Below are positions 45,973-53,921 of a DNA stretch of 64,000 bases, in pieces. A model generated the notes under the pieces. It searched no databases. It was not told the origin of the DNA and saw only the letters and a program-made list of their open reading frames with translations. This stretch comes from Fimbriimonadia bacterium (lineage in GTDB: Bacteria; Armatimonadota; Fimbriimonadia; Fimbriimonadales; JABRVX01). The stretch is taken from positions 64,001 to 128,000 of the forward strand of contig JBGPGO010000006.1 in assembly GCA_041483895.1 (NCBI GenBank), in the 5' to 3' direction. The translations under genes and the position numbers were made by a program. The first letter of the stretch is position 1, and each line of letters starts with the position of its first letter.

Positions 45973-47298
45973 ATGAAGTACAAGGTCGTAACCTGGGGAT
46001 GTCAGATGAACGAGGAGGACAGCGAACAGATATCGCTGTTCCTCGACGAGGCCGGGTACCAGCCTGCCGCGGGGCTGGAGGACGCCCAGGTGGTGGTGCT
46101 CAACACCTGCTCCGTGCGCGCCAAGCCGGAGGACAAGGCCTTTTCCCTGCTCGGCGAGCTGCGGGAGATCAAGCTGGAGCGGCCAGACATGGTGATCGGC
46201 GTCGCGGGCTGCATGGCGCAGGTGAAGGCCGCGGAGATACGGCGGCGCGCTCCGCATGTGGATTTTGTGGTCGGCACCGGCGATATCGGAATCATTCCTT
46301 CTTTGGTGACCGAGGCGCTGCAGACGCGGCGCTTCGCCATCCGCACCGAACTGCCGGAGCGGAAGGGCGCCATCGTGACCGACGTGCCGCGGCGGGCTGT
46401 GGGCCGCGCGCCGAAATTGAAGGCGTTCGTGCCGATCCAATATGGCTGCGATAAGTTTTGCACGTTTTGCATCGTCCCGATGACGCGCGGGCGGGAGCGG
46501 AGCCGGCCGACCAGCGAGATATTGGACGAGATTCGGGCGCTGGCGGATCAGGGGACGAAAGAGGTAACGCTGCTCGGCCAGACGGTCAATAGTTACGGCA
46601 AGAATTTGTTGGAGGGGCGGGTGCCGTTCGCGCGGCTGCTGCGGCAGATTGCTGCCATACCGGGCATCGAACGGATTCGATACACGTCGCCGTATCCGCG
46701 CGATTTTTCGAAGGAATTGATCGAGACGATTCGGGATGTGCCGGAGGTGATGGAGCACGTGCATCTGCCGGTGCAGTCGGGCGATGACGACATGCTGCAG
46801 GCGATGCGGCGGGTGTATTCGGTGTCCTCCTATGAACGAATCGTCACTGATCTGCGCGAGGCGGTGCCGTGGGTATCGATCACGACGGATATCATCGTGG
46901 GTTTTCCTGGGGAGACCGAGGAGCAGTTCTCCAACACGCTTGCGTTAATGGACCGGACACGATTCGATGGGGCGTTTATGTTTGCATATTCCATCCGCGA
47001 GGGGACTCCGGCGGGGGGGATGTCCGAGCAGGTCCCGCGCCCGGTCAAGGCGGAGCGATTGAATCGGTTGATCGCGTTGCAGAATTCGATTACTTCCGCG
47101 AAGAATCAGTCGCTGGTTGGGGAGAGGTTTGAGGTTTTGGTGGAGGGGCCATCGAAGAAGGATGCGTCCATGATGGCGGGGTATTCGCGGGAGTTCCGGA
47201 TGATGCATTTTCCAGCATCCTCGTCCCGCGCGGGGCGGCTTGCTTCTGTTCGTGCGACGTTGGGTTACTTGTGGGGGATGACGGGGGAGGTTGTCTGA
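45973..47298 (+). CDS. miaB: tRNA (i6A37) methylthiotransferase MiaB
   Basis: TWGCQMN, NTCSVR, GCDKFCTFCIVP, TDIIVGFPGET and TRAM domain. Confidence 0.96.
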   Translation: MKYKVVTWGCQMNEEDSEQISLFLDEAGYQPAAGLEDAQVVVLNTCSVRAKPEDKAFSLLGELREIKLERPDMVIGVAGCMAQVKAAEIRRRAPHVDFVVGTGDIGIIPSLVTEALQTRRFAIRTELPERKGAIVTDVPRRAVGRAPKLKAFVPIQYGCDKFCTFCIVPMTRGRERSRPTSEILDEIRALADQGTKEVTLLGQTVNSYGKNLLEGRVPFARLLRQIAAIPGIERIRYTSPYPRDFSKELIETIRDVPEVMEHVHLPVQSGDDDMLQAMRRVYSVSSYERIVTDLREAVPWVSITTDIIVGFPGETEEQFSNTLALMDRTRFDGAFMFAYSIREGTPAGGMSEQVPRPVKAERLNRLIALQNSITSAKNQSLVGERFEVLVEGPSKKDASMMAGYSREFRMMHFPASSSRAGRLASVRATLGYLWGMTGEVV

Positions 47299-47302
47299 TT
47301 CT

Positions 47303-47505
47303 CTGTGTTTGGGTCTTTGGATTTGAGTAATTGGTGAGTGGTCGGCGGGCGAGGACCCGAACACAGCGGGGTTGCTTTCGTGTTTGGGTCTTGGTTGCTG
47401 GCGGGTGATGAGTGGTTGGAGATAGTGAACCCAAACACATCGAGGACATATCGGACGAATAGGACATATTGGTCGTATAGGTCGTATAGGTCCTATAAGT
47501 CCTAT
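47303..47505. repeat. two RAYT-family hairpins followed by 9-nt tandem repeats
   Basis: Hairpins at 47303-47366 and 47380-47438; 9-mers AGGACATAT / GGTCGTATA at 47443-47505. Confidence 0.8.
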
Positions 47506-47712
47506 TGGGTTCTCTGCGCAGAAGAAGGGCGGTCCATGCACTGGGCCGCCCCGATGTCCTCCCTTCCCCAGCGGTAAACCGGGGAAGCCGTGTCAGCAAG
47601 TTTTCTCTGGACTCTGCAAGGTGATGACTCGCACCCTGCACCATTACAGATGCAGCGACGCAGCCACGGGGTACGGGCACGGGCAAATGGTCCTAGGCAG
47701 TACAATGGCGCC

Positions 47713-48651
47713 ATGGCGCTAATCATCACGCGAGAAGATGTCGAACGGTTGCTCCCCATGCGCGATGCCATTGCGGCGGTAGCGCGCGGATTCCAACTGG
47801 TGAGCGAAGGCAAGGTAGTGATGCCTGCGAGGCTGGCAACACCCGTAGGCGATGGCGTGCATCTGTCCATGCCGTGCTATGTTCCTGGCGAGGCGCTCAC
47901 GGTGAAGGTGGTGACGTTGCTACCCGGCCAGCCGATCCGCGCGACGGTGCTTTTGCATGACATTGCGACCGGCGAGGTGCTCGCAATCATCGATGGCGAA
48001 TCTTTTACGGCGATTCGGACGGGCGCAGCATCCGGGGTTGCCACTCAACACTTGGCCCGGGCGGACGCAAAGGTGTTGACTCTGTTTGGCGCGGGAACCC
48101 AGGCGGCTACACAGTTGGAGGCCGTGTGCGCGGTTCGGAAAGTCAATCAGGTCTTCGTCGTGAGTCTGGAGAATGCGGGGCCGTTTTGCGATCGAATGTC
48201 GCGGAAATTTGCGATCGATGTTGCCCCGGCCGGCGATGTGAAGGACGCGGTGGAGGCGGCGGATATCATCTGCACGGCGACCAACTCTCCCACTCCGGTG
48301 TTTCGCGGCGAGTGGCTGCGGCCGGGGACTCATATCAACGCCATCGGCGCATTCACGCCAGCCACAAGAGAATTGGACACCGAGACGATTCGCCGGAGCA
48401 AAGTTCTTGTCGACAGCCGCGCGGCATCGGGGATCGAAGCCGGGGATATTCTGATCCCACGATCGCAAGGCGTCGATGTGAATGTGACAGAGATCGGCGA
48501 AGTCATCATGGGCAAATACAATGGCCGCAAATCGGAAGATGAAATCACCGTCTTCAAATCCGTCGGCATCGCCGTGCAAGACGCGCTAACGGCAAAACTG
48601 GTCTTCGAATCGAAAGCGGACCGGCGGGGAACCGGTCCGCAAAAGAACTAA
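47713..48651 (+). CDS. ornithine cyclodeaminase/mu-crystallin family protein
   Basis: TAIRTGAASG, GAGTQA, HINAIGA and FKSVGIAVQD. Confidence 0.92.
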   Translation: MALIITREDVERLLPMRDAIAAVARGFQLVSEGKVVMPARLATPVGDGVHLSMPCYVPGEALTVKVVTLLPGQPIRATVLLHDIATGEVLAIIDGESFTAIRTGAASGVATQHLARADAKVLTLFGAGTQAATQLEAVCAVRKVNQVFVVSLENAGPFCDRMSRKFAIDVAPAGDVKDAVEAADIICTATNSPTPVFRGEWLRPGTHINAIGAFTPATRELDTETIRRSKVLVDSRAASGIEAGDILIPRSQGVDVNVTEIGEVIMGKYNGRKSEDEITVFKSVGIAVQDALTAKLVFESKADRRGTGPQKN

Positions 48652-48663
48652 CGTTGGAAAACT

Positions 48664-48861
48664 CTACTTCGCTTCAGGAACCTTGAGGGAATTGTAAGTG
48701 GCTTCGTTCACGAACTTGAACAGCTTGGTGCCATTGACTTCGGCGGTCACTGCGTAGCGGACCTGTTTGCCCTTCGCAGTCTTTCGCTCCATTTTGGTCT
48801 TCTTTATCTGGTTCTCCGGCACTTCCACCGATTCTCGAGTCTTGACGTTATAAAACTGCAT
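48664..48861 (-). CDS. small basic protein, putative CC1/Cren7-like nucleoid-associated protein
   Basis: GGAGGG SD then ATG 48861; 65 aa, 14 K/R versus 7 E; FYNVK...KTAKG..RYAV....NGTKLFKF. The CDS call is solid; the function is tentative. Confidence 0.75.
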   Translation of the reverse strand: MQFYNVKTRESVEVPENQIKKTKMERKTAKGKQVRYAVTAEVNGTKLFKFVNEATYNSLKVPEAK

Positions 48862-49135
48862 GGCGCCTATGCCCTCCGTGTTATTAATTGTCGCCGGGGA
48901 AGCCATTTTGGGGCCGCTCCACGAACTCAAGCCGAACGAGCTTCCTCAGCGTTCGTTAGCGATACCCGTTCCTTGAGGCTAGATGCAAGCCTTGCCGGTG
49001 TTGAAAAGCCACATTCTGCCGATTCCGTTCAAAAATGATATGAATTTGTAAGTTTTGCCCACTTTTCTTGTTCCCAAGGCCATGCCGCACCGAGTTCGGG
49101 CCGGAGGGATTAAGGTACAAAGGCGGGCGGACAAT

Positions 49136-50335
49136 ATGCAACGCATAATCACTCTGCTTTTGGGACTTTTGATCGCGCACGTCGCCGGCGCAGCCGATCA
49201 GATCCGGCCGATTCGCGTGTGGCTCAAGACCCTCGGCGAATGCCGCGCGCTGACCGCCTCCGCCGAGCAGGGATTCCTGGTGCGCGATGCGGACGGCGCA
49301 AAAGTCGCCCGCATACTGCCCGGCCAATCGCTTCCCATCTCCATGCAGTCGACTGCGATTCTCGTTCGCATTGCGGGAAAACAGAAGCCGGTATCGAACG
49401 CGACGCTGACGCCGTTGGCGGGTGGCGTAACGCTGACTGTGGGCGGGCGCAAGGCGATCTACCGCGGCTGGCTCGATGTTACCGTTGTTAAAGGAAAGCT
49501 CCGAATCATCAACGAGGTCGCCGTCGAATCGTATCTGCTGGGAGTGGTGCCCGCCGAGATGCCGAGCAAGTATCCGGCGGATGCAATTCGCGCGCAGGCA
49601 ATTGTCGCCCGGACGTTCGCGCTCAAACGAATGTGCGGGTCATTTGCGCGTGATTTCGATATCACGGATGGCGATGGCAGCCAGGTTTATCTCGGCATGG
49701 GAGCGGAAAAGCCGGAGAGCACGCAGGCGGTATTCGAATCTGCCGGGCTTGTGCTCATCTGCGACGATGGGTATTGCGATGCGGTGTACAGCGCGGATTG
49801 CGGAGGATTTACAGCGGCGGCGGATGAGGTGGGATTTGGATCGAAGCAGCCGTATCTTTCCGGCGTTTGCGATACGGGACCGGATGGCGATTTTTGCGCC
49901 GGCACGCTGGATCATGAATGGACCGTGGACGTGCCCGCGGATCGATGGGCCACCGTGCTCAAACAGCTTGGATTTTCTGTCGGCAAATTGAAATCGATTG
50001 CGGTCACCAAGACCGGGCCGAGCGGTCGCGCGCAGCAGGTGCATGTCGAAGGCGCGGCAAAGAGCGTGGACGTTTCCGGCGTCGCGATTCGAAAGGCGAT
50101 GGGTTATGACGTTGTGAAGAGCACTCTCTTTAGCATTGAAAAGACCGATGGCGGATGGGCGATTAACGGCAAGGGGCATGGGCATGGCGTTGGGCTTTGC
50201 CAGCACGGCGCGGCGGGGCGGGCCAAGGCCGGCCAGTCGTATGCCCAAATCCTGGCCGCCTACTTCCCGGGGGCGCGCCTGTTGCGAGCCGACCCCGATC
50301 CACGCTTAGCGCTGCCGGTAACCCCGTTCCCGTGA
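49136..50335 (+). CDS. SpoIID/LytB domain protein (lytic transglycosylase-like)
   Basis: ESYLLGVVPAEMP, AQAIVART, SQVY and GHGHGVGLCQHGA; signal peptide. Confidence 0.92.
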   Translation: MQRIITLLLGLLIAHVAGAADQIRPIRVWLKTLGECRALTASAEQGFLVRDADGAKVARILPGQSLPISMQSTAILVRIAGKQKPVSNATLTPLAGGVTLTVGGRKAIYRGWLDVTVVKGKLRIINEVAVESYLLGVVPAEMPSKYPADAIRAQAIVARTFALKRMCGSFARDFDITDGDGSQVYLGMGAEKPESTQAVFESAGLVLICDDGYCDAVYSADCGGFTAAADEVGFGSKQPYLSGVCDTGPDGDFCAGTLDHEWTVDVPADRWATVLKQLGFSVGKLKSIAVTKTGPSGRAQQVHVEGAAKSVDVSGVAIRKAMGYDVVKSTLFSIEKTDGGWAINGKGHGHGVGLCQHGAAGRAKAGQSYAQILAAYFPGARLLRADPDPRLALPVTPFP

Positions 50336-50361
50336 TCTGTCGCAGGTATAATGCCGCATTC

Positions 50362-50445
50362 GCCCAGGTGGTGAAATGGTAGACACGAGGGACTTAAAAT
50401 CCCTTGAGGCGACTCGTGCGGGTTCGAGTCCCGCCCTGGGCACCA
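50362..50445 (+). tRNA. tRNA-Leu(TAA)
   Basis: GCCCAGGTGGTGAAATGGTAGACACGAGGGACT-TAA-AATCCCT...GGTTCGAGTCCCGCCCTGGGCACCA; TATAAT at 50347-50352. Confidence 0.97.
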
Positions 50446-50467
50446 GGTCCAGATCAGGAATTCTTCT

Positions 50468-51988
50468 ATGCCGAAAAACGTCTTAGCTCCACCAAGGTCG
50501 CCGAAATCGACCAATGCTCCGTCACTTGCCGAGCAGACCGTCGTCAGCGAAGGACCGGCGCCGAAACCCCTGCGCGAAAAGTCCGATCCTAATCAGCACG
50601 ATTTCGACGTCTGCGTGATCGGTGGAGGGCCGGGTGGATATGTCGCCGCCATCCGCGCCGCGCAATACGGCTTGAAAACGGCGTGTGTTGAGAAAGAGTT
50701 TTTGGGCGGAACCTGCCTAAATTGGGGATGCATTCCTAGCAAGGTGATGATTGCGGCGATCGAGCGGCTGGAACATGTACGGCACGCCGACGCGATGGGT
50801 GTTCAGTTGCCTGGTCCACCGACGTTTGATTTTGCGAAAATGATGGCGCGCAAGGAGAAAGTGGTGGAGGCGCAGCGGAGCGGGATCGGGATGCTGTTCA
50901 AGAAAAATGGCATCGAGACGATCGAAGGGATTGCGTCATTTCTGACTCCCAATACGGTGGAAGTTGTGAGCGGCAAGGAGCGGCGCAAAGTCTCGGCGCG
51001 CAACTTCATCGTGGCCACAGGATCGTCGGTCGCAAAAATTCCGATTCCGGGGCTAGAAGGGCCGAATGTGTGGACCAGCGACGATGCGGTGATTGCGACG
51101 GAAGCTCCGAAGCGAATGCTGATCCTTGGCGGCGGCGCGGTCGGCGTGGAGTTTGCCTACGTTTTCAGCGGCGCGGGTACGGAGGTCACCGTCGTCGAGA
51201 TGATGCCGAATCTGGTGCCGACGATGGACGAGGATTTGGGAGTCGAGCTGGCGCGGCTGTTCAAGCGGCGCAAGATAGCGGTGCATCTGGGCAGCACGCT
51301 GGAAAAGGCGCACAAGGGCAAGAACGGGTGGGTCTGCGCGATCAAGACCGCCGAGGGCCGGGTGGAAGTTGAGGCGGATGTGGTGCTGCTCGGCGTGGGG
51401 CGCAAGGCGAATACTGACAAGCTGAATTTGGAGAGGGTGGGCGTGAAACTGCATAGGCGCGGCATCGAAGTGGTGAACAAGAAGATGCAAACGCATGCGC
51501 CGCACATCTACGCGATTGGGGACGTGATCGGCAATATTCAGCTCGCGCATGTGGCGTCCGCTGAGGGGTTGGTCGTGGCCGCCAACTGTGCGGGGCAGGA
51601 GATGGAGATGGACTACAATGCCTACCCGGATGTTGTGTACACCATTCCCGAATTGGCGGCCACTGGTCTTTCCGAAAAAGGGGCGCGCGAGGCGGGCCGC
51701 GATGTAGTGGTCGGAAAATTTCCATATCGGCCGTTCGGGCGCTCGATGGCTGCGCTGGAGCAGGAAGGGTTTGTGAAGATTGTTGCGGATCGGGAGTTTG
51801 GAGAGGTGCTGGGGATGCATATCATTGGGGCGCAGGCGTCGTCGCTGATTCATACCGGCGTGGCGGCGATCCGGCTGGAAGCCACGCTGGACGACATGGC
51901 GACGATCATCTTTGCGCATCCCAGTTTTGGGGAAGTGATCGGCGAAGCGGTCCACGACGCGCTTGGCCACGCCATCCACAAGCTGTAA
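50468..51988 (+). CDS. lpdA: dihydrolipoyl dehydrogenase
   Basis: IGGGPGGYVAA, GGTCLNWGCIPSK and HPSFGE; ~40-aa Pro-rich N-terminal extension. Confidence 0.96.
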   Translation: MPKNVLAPPRSPKSTNAPSLAEQTVVSEGPAPKPLREKSDPNQHDFDVCVIGGGPGGYVAAIRAAQYGLKTACVEKEFLGGTCLNWGCIPSKVMIAAIERLEHVRHADAMGVQLPGPPTFDFAKMMARKEKVVEAQRSGIGMLFKKNGIETIEGIASFLTPNTVEVVSGKERRKVSARNFIVATGSSVAKIPIPGLEGPNVWTSDDAVIATEAPKRMLILGGGAVGVEFAYVFSGAGTEVTVVEMMPNLVPTMDEDLGVELARLFKRRKIAVHLGSTLEKAHKGKNGWVCAIKTAEGRVEVEADVVLLGVGRKANTDKLNLERVGVKLHRRGIEVVNKKMQTHAPHIYAIGDVIGNIQLAHVASAEGLVVAANCAGQEMEMDYNAYPDVVYTIPELAATGLSEKGAREAGRDVVVGKFPYRPFGRSMAALEQEGFVKIVADREFGEVLGMHIIGAQASSLIHTGVAAIRLEATLDDMATIIFAHPSFGEVIGEAVHDALGHAIHKL

Positions 51989-52163
51989 CGCCGGCATCTT
52001 GCCGGCATTGAGATGGTTTCGGAGGGCGAAGGGCACGAAGAACCCCCACCCTAACCCTCCCCCTTTTCCCAGGCTGGCGCCTGGAAAAAAGAGGAGGGGA
52101 TCATTACGTAACGCCGGCGTCCAGCCGGCATAGTTTCGGAGCGCCGGCATCATCCTGCCGGCA
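51985..52163. repeat. cluster of short REP-like palindromes around a CCCTCCCC hairpin
   Basis: Three (GTAA/GGAG)CGCCGGC..GCCGGCA units plus the element at 52043-52099. Confidence 0.75.
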
Positions 52164-52179
52164 TGGGGAGGCGAACGCT

Positions 52180-53199
52180 ATGAGAGCGATATTGATATGC
52201 GCCATGGCGGCGTTGGTTGCCGGATGCAACAGTCCGACCGGATCGAAAACCGAACAGCCCGGCGGCGGGTCCGGACTGCAGGTCGCCATCGTCTTCGACA
52301 AAGGCGGCGTCGGTGATAAATCCTTCAACGACAGCGCGGACCGCGGACGCGCGCGGGCGGAAACGGAACTTGGGATCAAATCCAAGACCGTAGCGAGCCG
52401 CAGCAGCGCGGACTACAAGACCAATTTGGAGGAGCTGGCGCGTGCAGGATACAAGCTGATCTTCGCGATTGGCGGCGATATGCAGACTTCGCTGGAAGAG
52501 GTCGCTCCGAAATATCCGGACACGAAATTCGCGATCATAGACGGCGAATCGAAGGGCAACAAGAACGTGATCGGCGTGCGATTCAAGGAGGAGGAAGGCT
52601 CGTTCTTGTGCGGCGTTGTGGCGGGATTGATGACGAAATCGAACAAGGTCGGGTTCGTTGGGGGGCGCAAGATTCCGCTCATTGAAAAGTTCGAATATGG
52701 CTTCCGCGCGGGGGTGTATGCTGTCAATCCGAAGGCGGAAGTGGTGGCGAAATACACAGAGGATTGGGACAACGTGGCGAAGGGCAAGGACGCCGCTTTG
52801 GCCTGCCATGAGGGCGGCGCTGATGTCGTGTATCACGCTGCGGGCCGCTGCGGACTTGGGGTGATCGACGCGGCGGCGGACAAGGGCTTCTATGCGATCG
52901 GCGTGGACAGCGATCAGGACGGCGTGAAACCCGGCGTGGTACTGACGAGCATGGTGAAAGGCGTGGACGAACAAATATTTAGGCTGACGAAGCTGGCTTC
53001 GGAGGACAAGCTGCCGTCAGGAGATATTCAGGTCGGTTTGAAAGAGGGCGGCGTGGGATTGACGGAGATGAAGTACACGAAGGACAAGATCGGCGCGTCG
53101 AATTTGGCGAAGATCGAAGGGTATAAGAAGCAGATCATTTCCGGATCGCTTTCTGTGCCGAAGACCGCGGAAGAATTTGAGAACTTCAAGCACAAGTAG
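52180..53199 (+). CDS. BMP-family ABC transporter substrate-binding lipoprotein
   Basis: Lipobox VAGC; DKSFN, GFVGG and IGVDSDQ motifs. Confidence 0.93.
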   Translation: MRAILICAMAALVAGCNSPTGSKTEQPGGGSGLQVAIVFDKGGVGDKSFNDSADRGRARAETELGIKSKTVASRSSADYKTNLEELARAGYKLIFAIGGDMQTSLEEVAPKYPDTKFAIIDGESKGNKNVIGVRFKEEEGSFLCGVVAGLMTKSNKVGFVGGRKIPLIEKFEYGFRAGVYAVNPKAEVVAKYTEDWDNVAKGKDAALACHEGGADVVYHAAGRCGLGVIDAAADKGFYAIGVDSDQDGVKPGVVLTSMVKGVDEQIFRLTKLASEDKLPSGDIQVGLKEGGVGLTEMKYTKDKIGASNLAKIEGYKKQIISGSLSVPKTAEEFENFKHK

Positions 53200-53253
53200 C
53201 CCCGGCTTCTAGTCAGGATCGGACGGATCGGTCTGATCCGTCCGATGCCGGCG

Positions 53254-53700
53254 CTATGGAGTTGACTCTGCGCGGCGTTTGATGGCGGATAGGAGGCTTT
53301 GCAGGTTGCCTGTCACGAGGTGCTTAATCACCGATCGAATCAGCGGGCCGACGACTGGAACGTTGTACTCATAGTCCATCGTCGAGGAAAACGTTGTACC
53401 TGTCGGGGATTCGGTGAATTTCCAAACGCCGGTCATGTGGTCGTAATCGCCTTGCAACTGGCGGAAGTGGCATGTGCGCTCGGCGTCGTTCCAGGTGTCC
53501 TCTTCGGTCCATTTGACCTCCACGTTGAACTTCGGCACGACACCCACCCAGCGCGTGACGACCTGGTTTTCTTTGCGCTCCATGACCTCGAGTTCCTTCA
53601 CATCCGGCATGAAGTCCGGAAACTTTTCCACGTCTTTGGCGATGGCGTACACGCGGTCTACATGGGCGTTGATGTCGATGGAGAGGTCAATGGTCGGCAT
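53254..53700 (-). CDS. SRPBCC/START-family (polyketide cyclase-like) protein
   Basis: AKDVEKFPDFMP and GDYDHMTGVW. Confidence 0.85.
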   Translation of the reverse strand: MPTIDLSIDINAHVDRVYAIAKDVEKFPDFMPDVKELEVMERKENQVVTRWVGVVPKFNVEVKWTEEDTWNDAERTCHFRQLQGDYDHMTGVWKFTESPTGTTFSSTMDYEYNVPVVGPLIRSVIKHLVTGNLQSLLSAIKRRAESTP

Positions 53701-53770
53701 GAGGTTCTTGATTCGGCGGTGGGATCACATGTCCTGCCGAGGCCATCGCATGAATTTGCAGTCGAGGACC

Positions 53771-53884
53771 GCTGTCATTCCGAACTTGTCGAGGAATCCC
53801 TTTCTGGAGTCCCTGCCATTTGATAGCGTTGGCGGACGGCGAGAGGTTCTGAAAGGGATTCCTCGACAAGCTCGGAATGACAGC
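53771..53884. repeat. TGTCATTCCG-family inverted repeat
   Basis: GCTGTCATTCCGAACTTGTCGAGGAATCCCTTTC ... GAAAGGGATTCCTCGACAAGCTCGGAATGACAGC. Confidence 0.9.
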
Positions 53885-53921
53885 CTTTCAACTACACAGA
53901 TATCAACTAGCTGGCCCGCGA

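Noticed and set aside
3015..50445. tRNA-anchored genomic island or prophage
   Set aside because: No integrase, no duplicated tRNA 3' end seen, and both tRNAs are flanked by housekeeping genes.
50362..50445. bldA-like rare-codon control by tRNA-Leu(TAA)
   Set aside because: TTA codons occur in core genes here (e.g. polA at 5041), so there is no support.
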